Assembly (NCBI RefSeq): GCF_964194155.1
Contig: NW_027596599.1
Coordinates: forward strand, 1 to 64,000
From: Cetorhinus maximus
Lineage: Eukaryota
Reading direction: 5' to 3'
DNA length: 64,000 nucleotides
The notes beneath the pieces were generated by a model, which was given only the letters and a program-made list of their open reading frames with translations, did not search any database and was not told where the DNA came from. Positions within the stretch are counted from its first letter, which is position 1, and the number at the start of each line of letters is the position of its first letter. Both the position numbers and the translations under genes were made by a program. Shown piece after piece: positions 63,501 through 64,000 of the stretch.

Positions 63501-64000
63501 AGGATGATTAAAACTATATTGTTGGAGTTCTGACTGTGTATTTTTGGTGTGGAGCGATTGTAAGTTCACACCTGTGGGAATAACCTTTGTGTTGTCTGGA
63601 GATTGTAACATTTAAGGTTCAGAATGTACCAAGGGTTGATACATTCAGATCCTGTCTCAGGGCAAGGGGGGCTGAACCCTGCTGGGAGATCACAGGTTAA
63701 CAGGTGAATTCAAAGGTCAGTGAACAACCATTTGTGTTCATTTGTATTGAGTTAAAAGAGTTGGGAGCAGCAGCTGGTGCAGCAGCTCAGCTGAGGTGCT
63801 GGGACCGTCCCTGTGTTGAGATGCTGGAGTGGAACTGCTGTCAGCAGGTTATAATTTGCCTTACAAACTACCAGGAGACTCAGGTACAGGCCACGATCTT
63901 TCATTAGTGATTCAAGCGTACGTAGGGAGAGACAGCGTGGGGCAGTCTTGACCGAGCTGTGCAGATTACAGCGAAATCTTTTTATACACAATTAGTCACA

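Noticed and set aside
63540-64000. Possible LTR start
   Set aside because: LTR-like composition, but truncated by the window edge with no verifiable termini

Overview
Repeat-rich vertebrate genomic DNA, most likely from a cartilaginous fish (shark or ray), judged from the CR1-type LINE tails, Penelope hairpins and SINE types. It is not prokaryotic, and most ORF-track entries are TE debris or low-complexity artefacts. Host genes form an immune-type locus. (1) A + strand TRIM gene (RING/B-box/coiled-coil, TRIM27/39-like) with five exons at 47382-53418 and an ISRE/AP-1/ETS promoter; its B30.2 exon is not in the window. (2) A divergently oriented TRIM-B30.2 pseudogene at about 34490-38335. (3) A frameshifted CD2/SLAM/CEACAM/HEPACAM-like V+C2 Ig-superfamily gene from 6744 to 9191 or beyond, downstream of a CpG island that contains a perfect 20-bp GC-box minisatellite. 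Mobile DNA includes many CR1/L2/RTE LINE pieces, a Helitron RepHel remnant, two Harbinger remnants (one with a nearly intact 3-exon Myb/SANT gene), Harbinger MITEs, an env-like LTR element with an unusual env-PPT-LTR-PBS order, and Penelope-derived hairpins with minimal hammerhead ribozyme cores and 10-16 bp flanking direct repeats. Everything was read by eye; no database searches were run, and TE boundaries are approximate.
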